DNA from: Chara braunii
Taxonomy: Eukaryota > Plantae > Charophyceae
Assembly: GCA_003427395.1 (NCBI GenBank)
Contig: BFEA01000029.1
Span: 1,884,435 to 1,948,434, forward strand
Length of the DNA stretch: 64,000 bases
Reading direction: 5' to 3'
Both the position numbers and the translations under genes were made by a program. The notes below the pieces were generated by a model. The model was not told where the DNA came from. It did no database searches and worked only from the letters and a program-made list of their open reading frames with translations. Each line of letters starts with the position of its first letter. Position 1 is the first letter of the stretch. This document shows positions 10,994 through 23,348 of the stretch, piece by piece.

Positions 10994-13469
10994 TGTCAGC
11001 AAGGATGCCCTCGGGTCCGTGATCTTTGAGCATCGGTTGCTTGTTCGTGGCCCGAGGTGGTAGTAAGCTCTTGCCTAAGCTAGGCGGGCAACGGGAAACT
11101 CAGTGGGGGCGCGCGGTGATACTGGCGTGCAGTCCTTCGTCGGACTTGGGTATAGGGGCGAAAGACCAATCGAACCGTCTAGTGGTCGGCTCGCTTCGAG
11201 GGGATCTGTGGGACTGTCGAAGCTGTCGGACGGCTTACTGCGCAGCAATGAAACCCGGTGTCGTGATATCAAGTATGGCAAACAAGAAGAACGAGGTGAT
11301 GTAGAAGGAAGATCGAAGGGGGACGAAGAAACATCGAAAGCGGGTGAGGCAATAGAGCGAACCAGAGATAGGGTGAAGTTGTGAAAAGGAAAAGAAAAGG
11401 GAGGAAAGAATCTGGCCGCATTCTGGGTCAGGGTGCATTCGAGGAAAGAAGATGGCCGAAAGGACAGTGAACGAGACGAGTGAATTCGGAGTTCACATGT
11501 TTCTCTTCAAAATGGGGCGGGAGGAGTTACCCTTCCTACATTCTAAACCCGTGCAAGCGCAATCATGGTAGAGTCAGTTCGACAAGAAAGTTAGTAAATT
11601 ATAAGTTAGTGAAGAAAAAAGTGTGCGCGGAGTTATGGCGGAGGGAGAAGACGATGGGGGCGAAAAGTTCGAATCTAGCTCGATCCTCGACGGATTCGAG
11701 CGGGATAAGAAGCAAAGTGGGGGTTTTGAAGGTGTGTGAGCCCGATGGCAGTGTAAGTTTTGGAAGCAATTTGGTGGAATAAGAATTAGTAGGAGGAAGT
11801 GTTGCGTAAGTATGTCGAGGAGAGTGGAGATGACGGGTTAGAAGTTAGTTGGTTCGTTAGTTTTTCTGATAGGATCAAGGGAAGGGAGTAGAATTATAAG
11901 GGCTTTAGCGACAGGTGAATCCGATAGTAAGATCGGATTTCAGAGTCAGTGTTCAATTTCCACGGATGGCTTCAGATTGGTAGATGAATCTCTCCGTGTT
12001 TTAGTGGGAGATTCATTCTCGTTTCGTATATCTGGCGAGGAGCGGAATCGTGTACTGGTTGGGGAAGAAGAGGGTGCGGGCCGCTTACCTGGGATCGAGA
12101 TCATCTTGTGTTCGTCGTAAAATTTCGTTGTGCTTGTAATCTGCATCACGGCTGCCGTCGTATGCTGACCAGCAACATCCGATGTCGAGTCCAGTGGTTG
12201 TATCCCTCTATGTGTTGGCTGAAGATTCATACCGATTTTTGCTTGCCCTGTTGAAGCATAGCGACTTACCGATGAAGGTGCCTACTCCGATGTACTATGG
12301 CCAAGCGCATTGAGCTGAACAAAGGTAGAAAATAAGGAGGGGCTTCGAGGTGTGAAGGTACGGGCATGTTTTTAGAGACAGGGTAGCGATTTGCAGTCGC
12401 TGCGGCTAAAATGCCCAAACAGGCACAATTATCATGATGACGGGCTGCTGGGTTTTGCTGCAGGGTTTTGAGCATGCGCTGCTGTGTGGTATCCCGGGGC
12501 CGCTGCTGCAACCTTCAGCAACGGACTGGTATGCTTCGGGTGTGGTTTGACCAGAGCTTGGTTGTGCTCCGATTGTATGGCATCGTGCCCGCGGCTAGCT
12601 TATGAAGTGCGGTATCGTGTCCCGAACTATATGTCGTTGGGCCTTGTGTGTAGTGTTGTAGCACGGGACCTCGTCATTAGGATATATTCGGGCTACCTTG
12701 CTGGTACTCGCGCAGTGCACACCGTTGTGCTGAGTCCCCTCTACCTTTGACTCTTAGGTCGGATAGGGCATGAGAGTCTGGTTTATTTGAATGTGGCCTT
12801 TTGGGCGGTTTAGCGGCAATTTGGCAAATGGGGACCGTAGTGTGACTTCGGGGTGTGATTGCGCTTTACAGAAGGGTTATCGCTGCGACCTGGAGGGCCG
12901 TCAGAAGGTCGTCATTCAACATCTTGGCTTCGTGTCAACCGTTCTAATTTTGTTTATTGGATGCCATTGAGGGACCCTTAGGCGCTGGAAGACAACAAGG
13001 CCCTCTCCTGAAAGTCGAGTCAGTCTCACTCCTATATCTCGAGAGTCTGAAACCCCTCTTTCTGTCTTTCTTACTCTAAGTCTAGTCCTGTTCTGAGACG
13101 AAGGCGGCAGGCGAAATTGCAACCCGTAGGATCGCAGCAAGACTCTGTGGGGAGTCAGCCCACCGATTGCGGGAGCTCTGTCGGAACTCGAGAGGAGTTC
13201 TGGAGGCAGAGAACTAAGAGGTAACCATCCCTTCCATCTATAAAAGCCAACTATAATCCCCATCTATAATTTTTGCTATAGTTGACTGAGTATACTTCAT
13301 GCGTCCCTGCTTTGACTTTTGGTTTGACTTTCATGACAAAATTCAAACCTAAGTAACGAAATGCATGTGTGATATTGTTTAACTGAAAGTAGATTGTGAA
13401 AAGGGATTGCATAGGAGGGAAAGATGGGAGGAAGGTTGTATTGCATGTATTTGACTGGGTAGACAAAAG

Positions 13470-14180
13470 GCTGAGAGAGTCTCCATAAAATTGGAGGGTC
13501 CAGTGCTATGTTTATTTCTAATTGCTTGAAGGACCAGACATGTTACCATAAGATTGGGTGGTCTGGTTGCTTTGACTTGCGAGGGTTGACTTTGTTTGAC
13601 TTACAGGGACCAAACATTTTTTCATAAGATTGGATGACTTGGCTGCCTTGTTTTCTTAGGGTTTTCTCATGTTTTATTAATTTCTGAAAGATAGTTGGGC
13701 ATGTTCCATAAGATTGGATGATCTTGACTCTCTCTTGTTTTATTAAGAGGGAGAATTCAGGCAAAGGATTTGACAGGTTCTCATAAAATTTGGTGGTCTA
13801 GTTTGGAGCCACGCATATGCTGGAAACCAAAACGTTATAACTTAGCTATATTTTATTACTATAGTCAGACATTTTTCCATAAGATTGGATGGTCAGACTA
13901 TAGCATATAATCTAACTGAAGAAAGTATGAATTAAGTATAAAATTGTAGTAAGAAGGGACAGGCTGAATCTTGATCTAAGATGACCGGTTCAGTCATATG
14001 TTACCTTAAAAGACAAAGTGAAGACAATTATATATAACTTGAATATTTAAATGGTTCAGAGCGACTAGGCTGGCTAACCTAGTCATGTGCTCAAGGAGGA
14101 GAAAAATTGTAAGTGCCCTGTGTTTGTGTATATTCTATGGTTGAGCTAGACAAGTTCCCATAATATTGGTGGTCCAACTT
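13470..14180. repeat. Array of 8-9 hairpins (core CCA-TAAGAT-TGG) with unrelated spacers
   Basis: Hairpins near 13481, 13545, 13622, 13705, 13780, 13876, 13973 and 14156. Confidence 0.8.
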
Positions 14181-14419
14181 TATGCCTTATGTAAGTTAGA
14201 TATAAAGGGATAAATCATTGAAAGACTATGAACTATTGTTTAACAAGGTTGACTTTGGGTTGGTGAGAGTACTTACCATTGTGGTTTGATCTCGCATGTG
14301 GCTGAGTGAGATCACTACTTAGTCCGAGTTCCAGTTTGACAGTGCTAGAGTTACACGAGTTAGTTTCAATTCCTGCATTTTCTGGGCTAAGTTTTTCTTA
14401 CTTAGGTCAAATTTTGCAT

Positions 14420-15000
14420 TTTTTGGGATCATTTGTTGTTCTTGGTCTTGTATAAATCTTCGTAAGCTACTTTCTCTACGGGGAGCGTTGTCGAAATTTC
14501 TACAAAGCCAAGGAGTTAGTTAAATTTTGTTTTTTCAAAGTTCAGTTTGTCTGACTTTTTGGCTTAGTAAAAATTTGAAAAACCTTCTTTTTTAAAGGGA
14601 ATGCTGCCCAAATTTTTACTACTTCAGGGAGTTAGACAAAAGTGAACCTTGAGAAGTCAAAGTCACTTTAGACTCTAAACTTAGCTTTGTATAAATCTTG
14701 GATTTGCGCTTTTATAGAGAAAGCGCTGCCGAAATTTTTACAAATCTAAGGAGTTAGTTAAATTTTGTCTTAGTTGAACTCAGACTTACTCTTGGTTCAT
14801 ATCTGATTTAGTAAAAATATGAAAAATTGTTTTTTTTAAAGGGAGTGTTGCCCAAATTTTTACTAATTCAGAGAGTTGGACAAAATTCAACTTTTCAAAA
14901 TTATATATTTTATTTTTGTTTTCATATCTGAGTTAGTAGAAATTATGAGAAGACATTTTTCTCACGGAAAGCGATGCTGAAATTTTCTTAGTTTAAAGAA
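14420..15000. repeat. About 120-bp tandem repeat, about 5 alternating units
   Basis: Recurrent GRRAGYGYTGYCSAAATTTYTAC...GGAGTTAG; about 3 units in inverted form at 33240-33600. Confidence 0.75.
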
Positions 15001-16759
15001 AATATATTATATTTTGACAGGTGGCGATTCTGGCAACCCACCTTGCATAGGGGAGATACTATCAAAGGTCTACCTTTCGTTTGACAATGACTTAGAGGTT
15101 GATTTAAACTTAGTTCACAAAAGGATTTTGAGTGAGAACGTGAAGTGGAGATTTATTATCCGTACACTTATAAGTTAGTTTGGACATTGACTTGTCTTGT
15201 GTTACAGGTCCTTCTGAGGACATTTCGATTAAGGATTGAACTAAGTTTCATCTTGATCTTACGAGGATAATTTTTTGTTATCACTTATAACAAGTGGGTT
15301 GATTGATCGCCGACTCGTCGACTCACGACACAGCATTGCTTACACCCGTACCTCAACTTGATTGCCTTAGCCGTGAGATTTGATATGTTTCTTTGAGGCT
15401 TTTAACCAGACTTTTTTTAATGACCATTATAAAAGACTTATGAGATTTATGAAAGTTTGAATATTGGATGGGGCTGTAGTGTGAGGCAAGGTGTGAGTTA
15501 CAGTGAACAATAAAGTTGACCACATTGGTGTATGACAATGTGGCTATTGTGTATGTCTGTGTTTTATGCAGGTTAGTATTTGGAGTTTGGTATATGAGTC
15601 GTACCTTGGAGACAGTGACAATGACAACCATATGACGCACGATCTGCATACGTGATGGGTTTACCTCTTGTTCTTTTCATTTATCTTGAGTCCTGACTTA
15701 ATATGAGTATTCAGATGCCTGTTTAGTTACTGAGTGATTTTGCTTACTGATTTTTATGGTTGGACATTGTAGTCCGTGGCAGCCGTCAAAGTCAAACCCC
15801 TTAACCTGATGACAAGCAACCGCTGAGGGAGCTAGTCTCCAGGGCGATAAGAGACGATTGACACCACAAGTATGAGCCTATGTACCGCCCACTCTCCGCA
15901 GGCCCGGGTGCAGAAGAGGGTGTGGTTCTCAACCGCGCTTGCCGGTTGTCCGGCGTCGAGAAATCATTCCCTCAAGGCGCGTGTCGGCCGACATTTGAGT
16001 GTTGAACACGACCCTCGAGATTAACGAGGACCGCATGAGTACGCGTACTACATAGTATGCCATCATTGCCACTGCTTACGTATACTTGCACCGCAAGCCG
16101 ATATGAGTTAGCCTTGCGTTCGCGCAATTTTATATTAAGTCTCACGCGAGACGCCTATCCCATTTCCGCATTGGGGAGTTATGAGATGGCTACTAAGGGA
16201 CTAAGAGTATTACCGTGTTGTTTGTTCTGCATCGTTCTATATATATTCCGTGTGTATGTGTATTCTATTTTTTTTCTTAGAGTGGTGTACACGTGGCGTG
16301 TGTGGGATGCATCCTAATCGACCGACGACGGACCGCGTTTGGGACTTTAAACCCCCCAAGACGTCGGTTCGTGTGCGGGTCCGATAGAGGCATAAAACCA
16401 CGCGTAACCCCTATGCTACAGCGAACGAGAAACGTCCTCGGTCGGTCCACCTTTGCGATTGCAGTTGATTAACTTCCGTACTGTGGACTGGTAGCTCAGC
16501 GGGGACACATCCACCGAAGGGAGGTGACAACTCCCGTAAGGTGCAGGTAAGTGGCGCCTCGTGTTGGCCCTATCATGTCGTAGGGGCTCGCGAGAGGTAT
16601 GGCTGACGCAATCGGCTGGAGCGGCTTGCAGAAGCTCCATGTGTGATCACGATGAGGATTAGACCAACTCCTGCGTGACGCGGCCGGGAGGTTCCCACCC
16701 ATTTTGTGCGGTGATGGACCAATGCGCTCGACACCGTGCTCAGTGGGTGAAAGGACAGG

Positions 16760-19050
16760 ACCAACGAAATCCGTCGAAATGGATTGCCAACGACCCTCAA
16801 GTATGGGTAGGGGCTGAAGTAACCCATACGGAAGGTGGCTCGCACTGTTCAACTTCTGGCAAGTAGGACACTCCTGCACGTAGCCTTTGACGACGTCCTT
16901 TGACTTTGACGAGACGTATAGGCAGCAAACACGAGCCAACGTCTTGTAGAAACCCATATGATCGGTAGTTGTCTGATCATGGAACTTTGCTACGGCCTGG
17001 ACGCGGAGCTCTTCGATGAAGGGAACACAAATACGTGGTTCTAGCTGACCTGATCTTCCATGCTAGTATACGGGACCATTCTCACAGAGGGAGTATGAAG
17101 GAATGGTCTCGCCACTCCACAGTGTTGCGTGGATGACGCAATAATCCGGGTAGTGGCGGTACTTGGTGCGATATAAGTCGATCACTGACTGATCTACAGT
17201 GGTGATGGAGATGACAACAAGATGGATGGGTTCCTGATTATGATCGGGACAGCGAGACAAGGCATCGACGACGTGGTCGTTTCACCCTTGATAGGTTGAT
17301 TGGTGAAACCAAACTCGGATAAATCATGCCACCAACGTGTATATCAAGGGGAATTTTCGGGCTTCGTTAGGAAAATCTGGACAACTTAGTTGTTTGTGTA
17401 CACCGTGAAGGGCGCCTTGTGCAGATAATGACGCCAATGTCGGGTAACATAAACTATTGTGAGAAAACCTCATGTTCATCGTCAGTGTAGTTTATCTCGG
17501 CAGGCAGTAGCTGGCGGGGGTAGAAAGCAATCCGGCAATCCCCAACACGAGTCTGGACAGTCCCATCCTCTACGATGGTCAAGGAATAAGTGACGGGAGG
17601 ACTGTCAATGGAGGGAATAGGTTGGAGGATAGGCGTTAGTCGAAAAGCAGTGTCAGTAAGGGGGGGGCGGGGGATGAGGAATATGGGGATACGGTGAATC
17701 AGAAGGAGAGCGAAATAACTGAGACCGTACAACTCCTACTGCAAAATCTGGCGCATCAATGGTGACGATGAAAAGTCAAAATTGGGGAGGCGAATAACCG
17801 ATGTACAAGTCACCGCCTTCTTGAGGGCGCAAAAAGCGTCCTCGCAGAGCGGTGTCCAAAACCATGACGGGTTCTTCCCGAGGAGGGTGGACGTAAGGGC
17901 GTAGGAATACCTAGTGTATCCCCATATGAAATTACTATAGTAATTAGTGAGGCCTAGGGAACTGTGAAGCTGCTTAACGGATGTGGGGACGGTTCACTCC
18001 GCAATACCAGTGATTTTTGCATCATCCATGTGGAGACCCTCGTCAAACACATGGTGTCCTAGGAAGTCCACTTCGCGCTAGGCAAACCGATACTTACTGA
18101 GCTTGGCATAAAAGTCATACTTGCATAAGCACTGTAGAACATCGTGGAGGTGTTTGAGATCATCTTCTAAGGTACGATTGTAGACCAAGATGTCATCTAG
18201 ATATACGATAACATATTCTTCAATGATATCCCTGAAGATATCGTTCATCATCGTCTGGACGGTGGCGAACGCATTGGTGAGACGGAATGACATCGCTATG
18301 AAGTTGCAGAGGTCAAAGCACCACCGAAAGACGATCTTCGGCTGGTCCTCTGCGGCAACGTGGATCTGGTGGTAACCGCTACAAAATTCGATTTTCGTGA
18401 AGAAGTGGCTTCCTGCCAGACGGTCAAACAGTTCATCCACGCGAGGCATGGGATATGTGTGCTTAATCGTGTAATAGTTACGGCCGTGATAGTCAATGAA
18501 GAGGCGAAGAGTTTCATCCGTTTTGCGAGCAAAGAGAACGGGTGCACTGCAAGGGGAGTTACTGAGTTTAATGAAACCCACTTAAAGGAGTTCCTCAAGC
18601 TGACGCTTGAGTTCCGTCGCCTTTAGAATCGAGATTCAGTAGGGTACCTGATGGTGGACACGATAATCAGGCATGCTCTGGATAGAATGCTCAACATCGT
18701 GCATCAGAGGGATCTCGCTGTATGAGAAATACGGGGAAAAACGTTGCGATACTCTCGAATCAAATCGCGAACGGCGGACTCTAAGTTGGTCGTAAACCGT
18801 ATGAGTTCCTCAATATCTGCGTCGGCACGAGATGTATGTGTGGACTCGGCAGTGGACTGCATAGGGACCTGGGATGTGGAGTGGGCATCCGCAGACTGAG
18901 GGGTGGATGCAGAGATCGGAGCTGAGAAGATGGAGGAAGGGTCAGGGAAATCAGGTTCCAAAGAGATGAACTCAACCTCTGGACATAGTGGATCATAGCG
19001 AAGAAGATCCATAACTTTCACTCAGTAGAACGTTGTCATACCAAATACCC
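16760..19050 (-). pseudogene. Ty3/Gypsy pol remnant (protease end, RT, RNase H, integrase N-terminus)
   Basis: RT: SAPVLFARK..LRLFIDY, YPMPRVDELFDRL, SGYHQI, YLDDILVY. RNase H: IAFY.RQL..AEINY. Integrase Zn finger: CPTCQ..GLLQPLP..RWQSISTDFVG. Stops and frameshifts present. Confidence 0.95.
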
Positions 19051-20330
19051 TTGGCTAGGTTTTTATAATCGATACGACGTCGACATCACCTGCCATACTA
19101 GGACCAGTCTACAATAAGGAAACAATGCTTCAGCGTAACACCATGACATGGACTCTTCGACCACTAAATTCAAGGTTGTTGAGTAGTCGCATAAACCACC
19201 GGGACAAACACGCAAGACAAACAAGGGTTAGTAGTTAAAACCTTTGACAACCGGGGTCGGTGGATTGGTCAAAGAAAGAGAAGCACGAAAATGCGCCGAC
19301 AATACTTTAAGTTATTCAAAAACTCAGGAGATACGATAAAACAATATAAGTTAGTTCACGGACGTCAAACATATCAGGAACCCGGCGGTTCGCTCCGCCA
19401 TAGACTTACTATAAGCCCCGGCCATGCAGCTGCGGCAACCAAAAAAACACGTGTTGCATAAGGTAGCAGGCTGCAGCGACCGAAATTTGTCTTAATCTAT
19501 CCTTAAAAAAAACGAGACATAGGTCGTTATCCTAGCTGGACGAAACCTGGGACCTCTACATATAGCGCGTGTGCTCTTCTTCTGCCCAAAGTAGGAGCTA
19601 GCCCAGTAGGTTTAGGTGCGGATCGATAGGCCGAAGATACGGGATAAAATTCATCCTACTTACAGGCTAGCTCCTTTTTGCTAGCAACCGAGGAAAACCC
19701 CACACTTTCGGCACTGCCCCTAATCAAACAAGGCTCGAACCCGTGACCTCGATATTAGGAGTAGTTAGGGAATTGCGAATATAGGCTCCTGTCGTGACAG
19801 GAGCCCGACATTTGGCCGCACGGGGCCCTTTATGACTAATTTTGTCAGATTTCCTTTTTTTTTTTGAGAATTTTTTTTTTTTTAATAGACGGTTATCTTA
19901 TATTTTAAAGTACTTTCTGATTCGGCAGAGGCACTTTAAATTATTATCTTGAATGATACTTTACTTTTCCGAAGGATTCACCGGTAGGCAGGAAGAAGAA
20001 CGACGCAGCTAGCCGTCGCGAGTCACGAACTACGGGAGCACTTGGCGCAAGGGGATATTTTCCCCCAACCAATTCAACATGCAGAGTGATACAATGGAAA
20101 TGAATCTTCTCAATAGAACATGGGAACATGCATCGACACATGTTTTGGAAGTGACATGATACTATGTGGCATCTAACGGTTTCTCAGACAGTTGAAGCAA
20201 ATGGGAATAAATAACTAAAATAAATAAGTAAATACGTTACAATAGATTTTCTTGGACATGCATGTAATCGAACATTGGTACTTGAAACGCTTATACGTCC
20301 AGATTCATTACTGATGAAAGTATATATAGC

Positions 20331-20447
20331 CTGGTGTTCGGGACAGGCCGAACGCCCGAACCCGAACGCCGGAACGTATGAGACCCCTTGGGAATGCGTT
20401 CGGCCGTTCGAGCCGAACGCGGACTCAAAAAAAAAAAAAAAAAAAAA
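20331..20447. mobile_element. Partial MITE with CCGAAC subterminal repeats running into a gap
   Basis: Dense CCGAAC/GTTCGG motifs as in 21690-22000 and 53995-54669. Confidence 0.4.
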
Positions 20448-21232
20448 NNNNNNNNNNNNNNNNNNNNNNNNNNNNNNNNNNNNNNNNNNNNNNNNNNNNN
20501 NNNNNNNNNNNNNNNNNNNNNNNNNNNNNNNNNNNNNNNNNNNNNNNNNNNNNNNNNNNNNNNNNNNNNNNNNNNNNNNNNNNNNNNNNNNNNNNNNNNN
20601 NNNNNNNNNNNNNNNNNNNNNNNNNNNNNNNNNNNNNNNNNNNNNNNNNNNNNNNNNNNNNNNNNNNNNNNNNNNNNNNNNNNNNNNNNNNNNNNNNNNN
20701 NNNNNNNNNNNNNNNNNNNNNNNNNNNNNNNNNNNNNNNNNNNNNNNNNNNNNNNNNNNNNNNNNNNNNNNNNNNNNNNNNNNNNNNNNNNNNNNNNNNN
20801 NNNNNNNNNNNNNNNNNNNNNNNNNNNNNNNNNNNNNNNNNNNNNNNNNNNNNNNNNNNNNNNNNNNNNNNNNNNNNNNNNNNNNNNNNNNNNNNNNNNN
20901 NNNNNNNNNNNNNNNNNNNNNNNNNNNNNNNNNNNNNNNNNNNNNNNNNNNNNNNNNNNNNNNNNNNNNNNNNNNNNNNNNNNNNNNNNNNNNNNNNNNN
21001 NNNNNNNNNNNNNNNNNNNNNNNNNNNNNNNNNNNNNNNNNNNNNNNNNNNNNNNNNNNNNNNNNNNNNNNNNNNNNNNNNNNNNNNNNNNNNNNNNNNN
21101 NNNNNNNNNNNNNNNNNNNNNNNNNNNNNNNNNNNNNNNNNNNNNNNNNNNNNNNNNNNNNNNNNNNNNNNNNNNNNNNNNNNNNNNNNNNNNNNNNNNN
21201 NNNNNNNNNNNNNNNNNNNNNNNNNNNNNNNN
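20448..21232. other. Assembly gap
   Basis: Run of N. Confidence 1.
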
Positions 21233-21650
21233 ATATATATATCGTCACAAACAGAACTGCCCGGTAAACCGTAGGCAGAGAGAGAGAAAAGGACAACAAA
21301 CGACAAATTGTTTCGCCGGAGTTTCACCGACTAATCAGGAGGCTGAACCCTCAACAGTCTGCAGAATCCCCTCACTGATTGCACTGTAAATGATAATCTA
21401 CCTTAACCAAAATCAAAGTAGACTATCACTCACCCACACCAGATGGAAAACTCTACAGACTGTCGGTTCACACCCCATCACAAGCTAGCAAAACATCCAC
21501 GCAATAAACAAAGGTTTGTCACAGTCAAAAAATACACTCCAGACACGCCGCTGGCACTAGAGGCACAGCATGGCCGCCTAGTAACGGCCCCGACCACTGC
21601 CGCTTGACCTGACCGGAAAAAAACGTAGCAGAAAGCTAGCGAAATCGTAG

Positions 21651-21689
<39 letters not shown>

Positions 21690-21693
<4 letters not shown>

Positions 21694-21810
21694 GTAGCAC
21701 ACTGAACATGTTCGACACCCCACCGAGCAGCCGAGCATGTTCGGACGCTCGGCCGAGTGCAAATCAGGGGGTTGTCGAACACGTCCTCGTGCGTGTGTGG
21801 TGTGTGCATG

Positions 21811-21842
<32 letters not shown>

Positions 21843-22000
21843 TTAGGAGTGATGAGCAATGCCCCCAAGGGCCCCCTGAACCCCGATATATATTTATAAA
21901 AAAAATAAAAAATGTTCAGGCTCGGTCAATTTTGGGTCACATTCGGGCTCGGTACTGAGCGTTCGGGTTCGGTCACCGAGCCCGAACGCGATGCAACGCA
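21690..22000. mobile_element. hAT-like MITE
   Basis: Ends GTGTGTAGCA...TGCAACGCAC resemble the CTRYGTWGCA TIR family; CCGAGC/GTTCGG subterminal repeats. No TSD is evident. Confidence 0.5.
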
Positions 22001-22877
22001 CAGGGATCAGACGATGGTAGGGAAGACAAGAGAAAGATTAGTGAGAGTCAATCTTGATCTAAGGCAGGAAGAACGAAACGGGTACATAACCGCGAACAGG
22101 GATTAGACGGTGGTAGGGAAGACAAAAGAAAGAGTAGAGAGAACACGAAGGGAGAGGAACGGAGTGAGAAGACGGGTGCTGGAGGGGAAGGAGAAGAAGA
22201 AGATGAGAAGAAAGGATATGTACCTGGTAGCGGTGGTGTTCCGGGCGTAGGATTTGGGACCTTATACTCGAGGTATGAGGGACTCTCTGTACATGCATAG
22301 AGTGGTTTCCAGTTTTACAAAGGACGGGCGAGTCGTTTTCCGGTGATCGACAAAAGAGTTGCAATGCCGATCGGATCTCATTTCGACTTTCTCAGAGGGC
22401 TTTCATGACGACGAAGACGAGGGAGCAACAGAGAGAAAACAGGTAACTTAAGTCTCTAATCTCGGGATGAAGCTCTCACTACTTTCGTCGATCGGATGAA
22501 CAAAAATCGAGTGAATCTACCGCTAGAACAAGGAGGTATACTCTACTACACTAGTGCGTATGTGTACGTATGTATGTGAGTGTCATCATATTCGCTATAC
22601 ACATTGCCGTGCTGGACTGTTTCGTTGGACTTGCGCCGACTCGTCAGATGTGTGTGTGTGTATGTGTGTTCACATGCGGCTTTTTTTTTCGAGTGTGTGT
22701 GTTGTCATGTTCGTGATACAACCTGACGACGAAGACATGTGTGAGTATGCGTGTGTTCATCGCGGCTGGCCTCAGACTATCGACTGGATGAGCAAAATCG
22801 GATGGATCTTCCACTAGAACATGGAAGCATACTTCGCCTCTCTTATTTGTTGGTTGTGCATGAGTGTGAGCGCACGC

Positions 22878-22879
<2 letters not shown>

Positions 22880-22943
<64 letters not shown>

Positions 22944-22974
22944 TCTTATACACATCTAGATGTGTATAAGAGAG

Positions 22975-23047
<73 letters not shown>

Positions 23048-23075
23048 TGTGTGTGTGTATGAGAGAGAGAGAGAG
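22880..23075. repeat. (TG)n/(GA)n microsatellite
   Basis: Seen directly. Confidence 0.95.
22939..22973. other. Nextera/Tn5 mosaic-end junction adapter (library artefact)
   Basis: CTGTCTCTTATACACATCT directly followed by AGATGTGTATAAGAGA. Confidence 0.97.
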
Positions 23076-23259
23076 GAAGAACGAGGGGGGGTTTTCGGAT
23101 CGATAATCGATCGACGCAAAAATCGGACGACCACCCCACTCTCACTTTAGTTGTATCAAATTAAAAGGATAGGGAATATGCATTCATTATTACTATTAGT
23201 ATATTTAGTATTATTATTTTTTTCGTTTGTTGTTGTTAATTCTCGACATTGTTGCTCTT

Positions 23260-23279
23260 TATTTTTATTATTATTATTA

Positions 23280-23347
<68 letters not shown>

Positions 23348-23348
23348 G
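23260..23348. repeat. (TTA)n microsatellite
   Basis: Seen directly. Confidence 0.95.

Larger units (their letters stand above)
11580..16745. mobile_element. Module X copy A: long non-coding retroelement-associated region (LTR/UTR-like)
   Basis: Colinear inverted similarity to 31488-36820 (e.g. 15768 TGTAGTCCGTGGCAGCCGTCAAAG; 13165 GCGGGAGCTCTG block). Partial direct similarity to 26050-28925. Confidence 0.8.

Noticed and set aside
15768-16420. Standalone LTR bounded by TGTAG...CTACA (also 31813-32444)
   Set aside because: Similarity between copies continues through both ends, and no TSD, PBS or polypurine tract is present.
19535-19770. tRNA or SINE (B-box-like GGTTCGAGCC on the minus strand)
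   Set aside because: No complete cloverleaf, A box or tail could be traced.
20184-21389. Long ORFs here and at 40590-41808 and 51926-52336
   Set aside because: Artefacts of translating through N gaps.
22939-22973. Genuine Tn5/IS50 insertion
   Set aside because: Head-to-head engineered mosaic ends with no transposase match a sequencing adapter.
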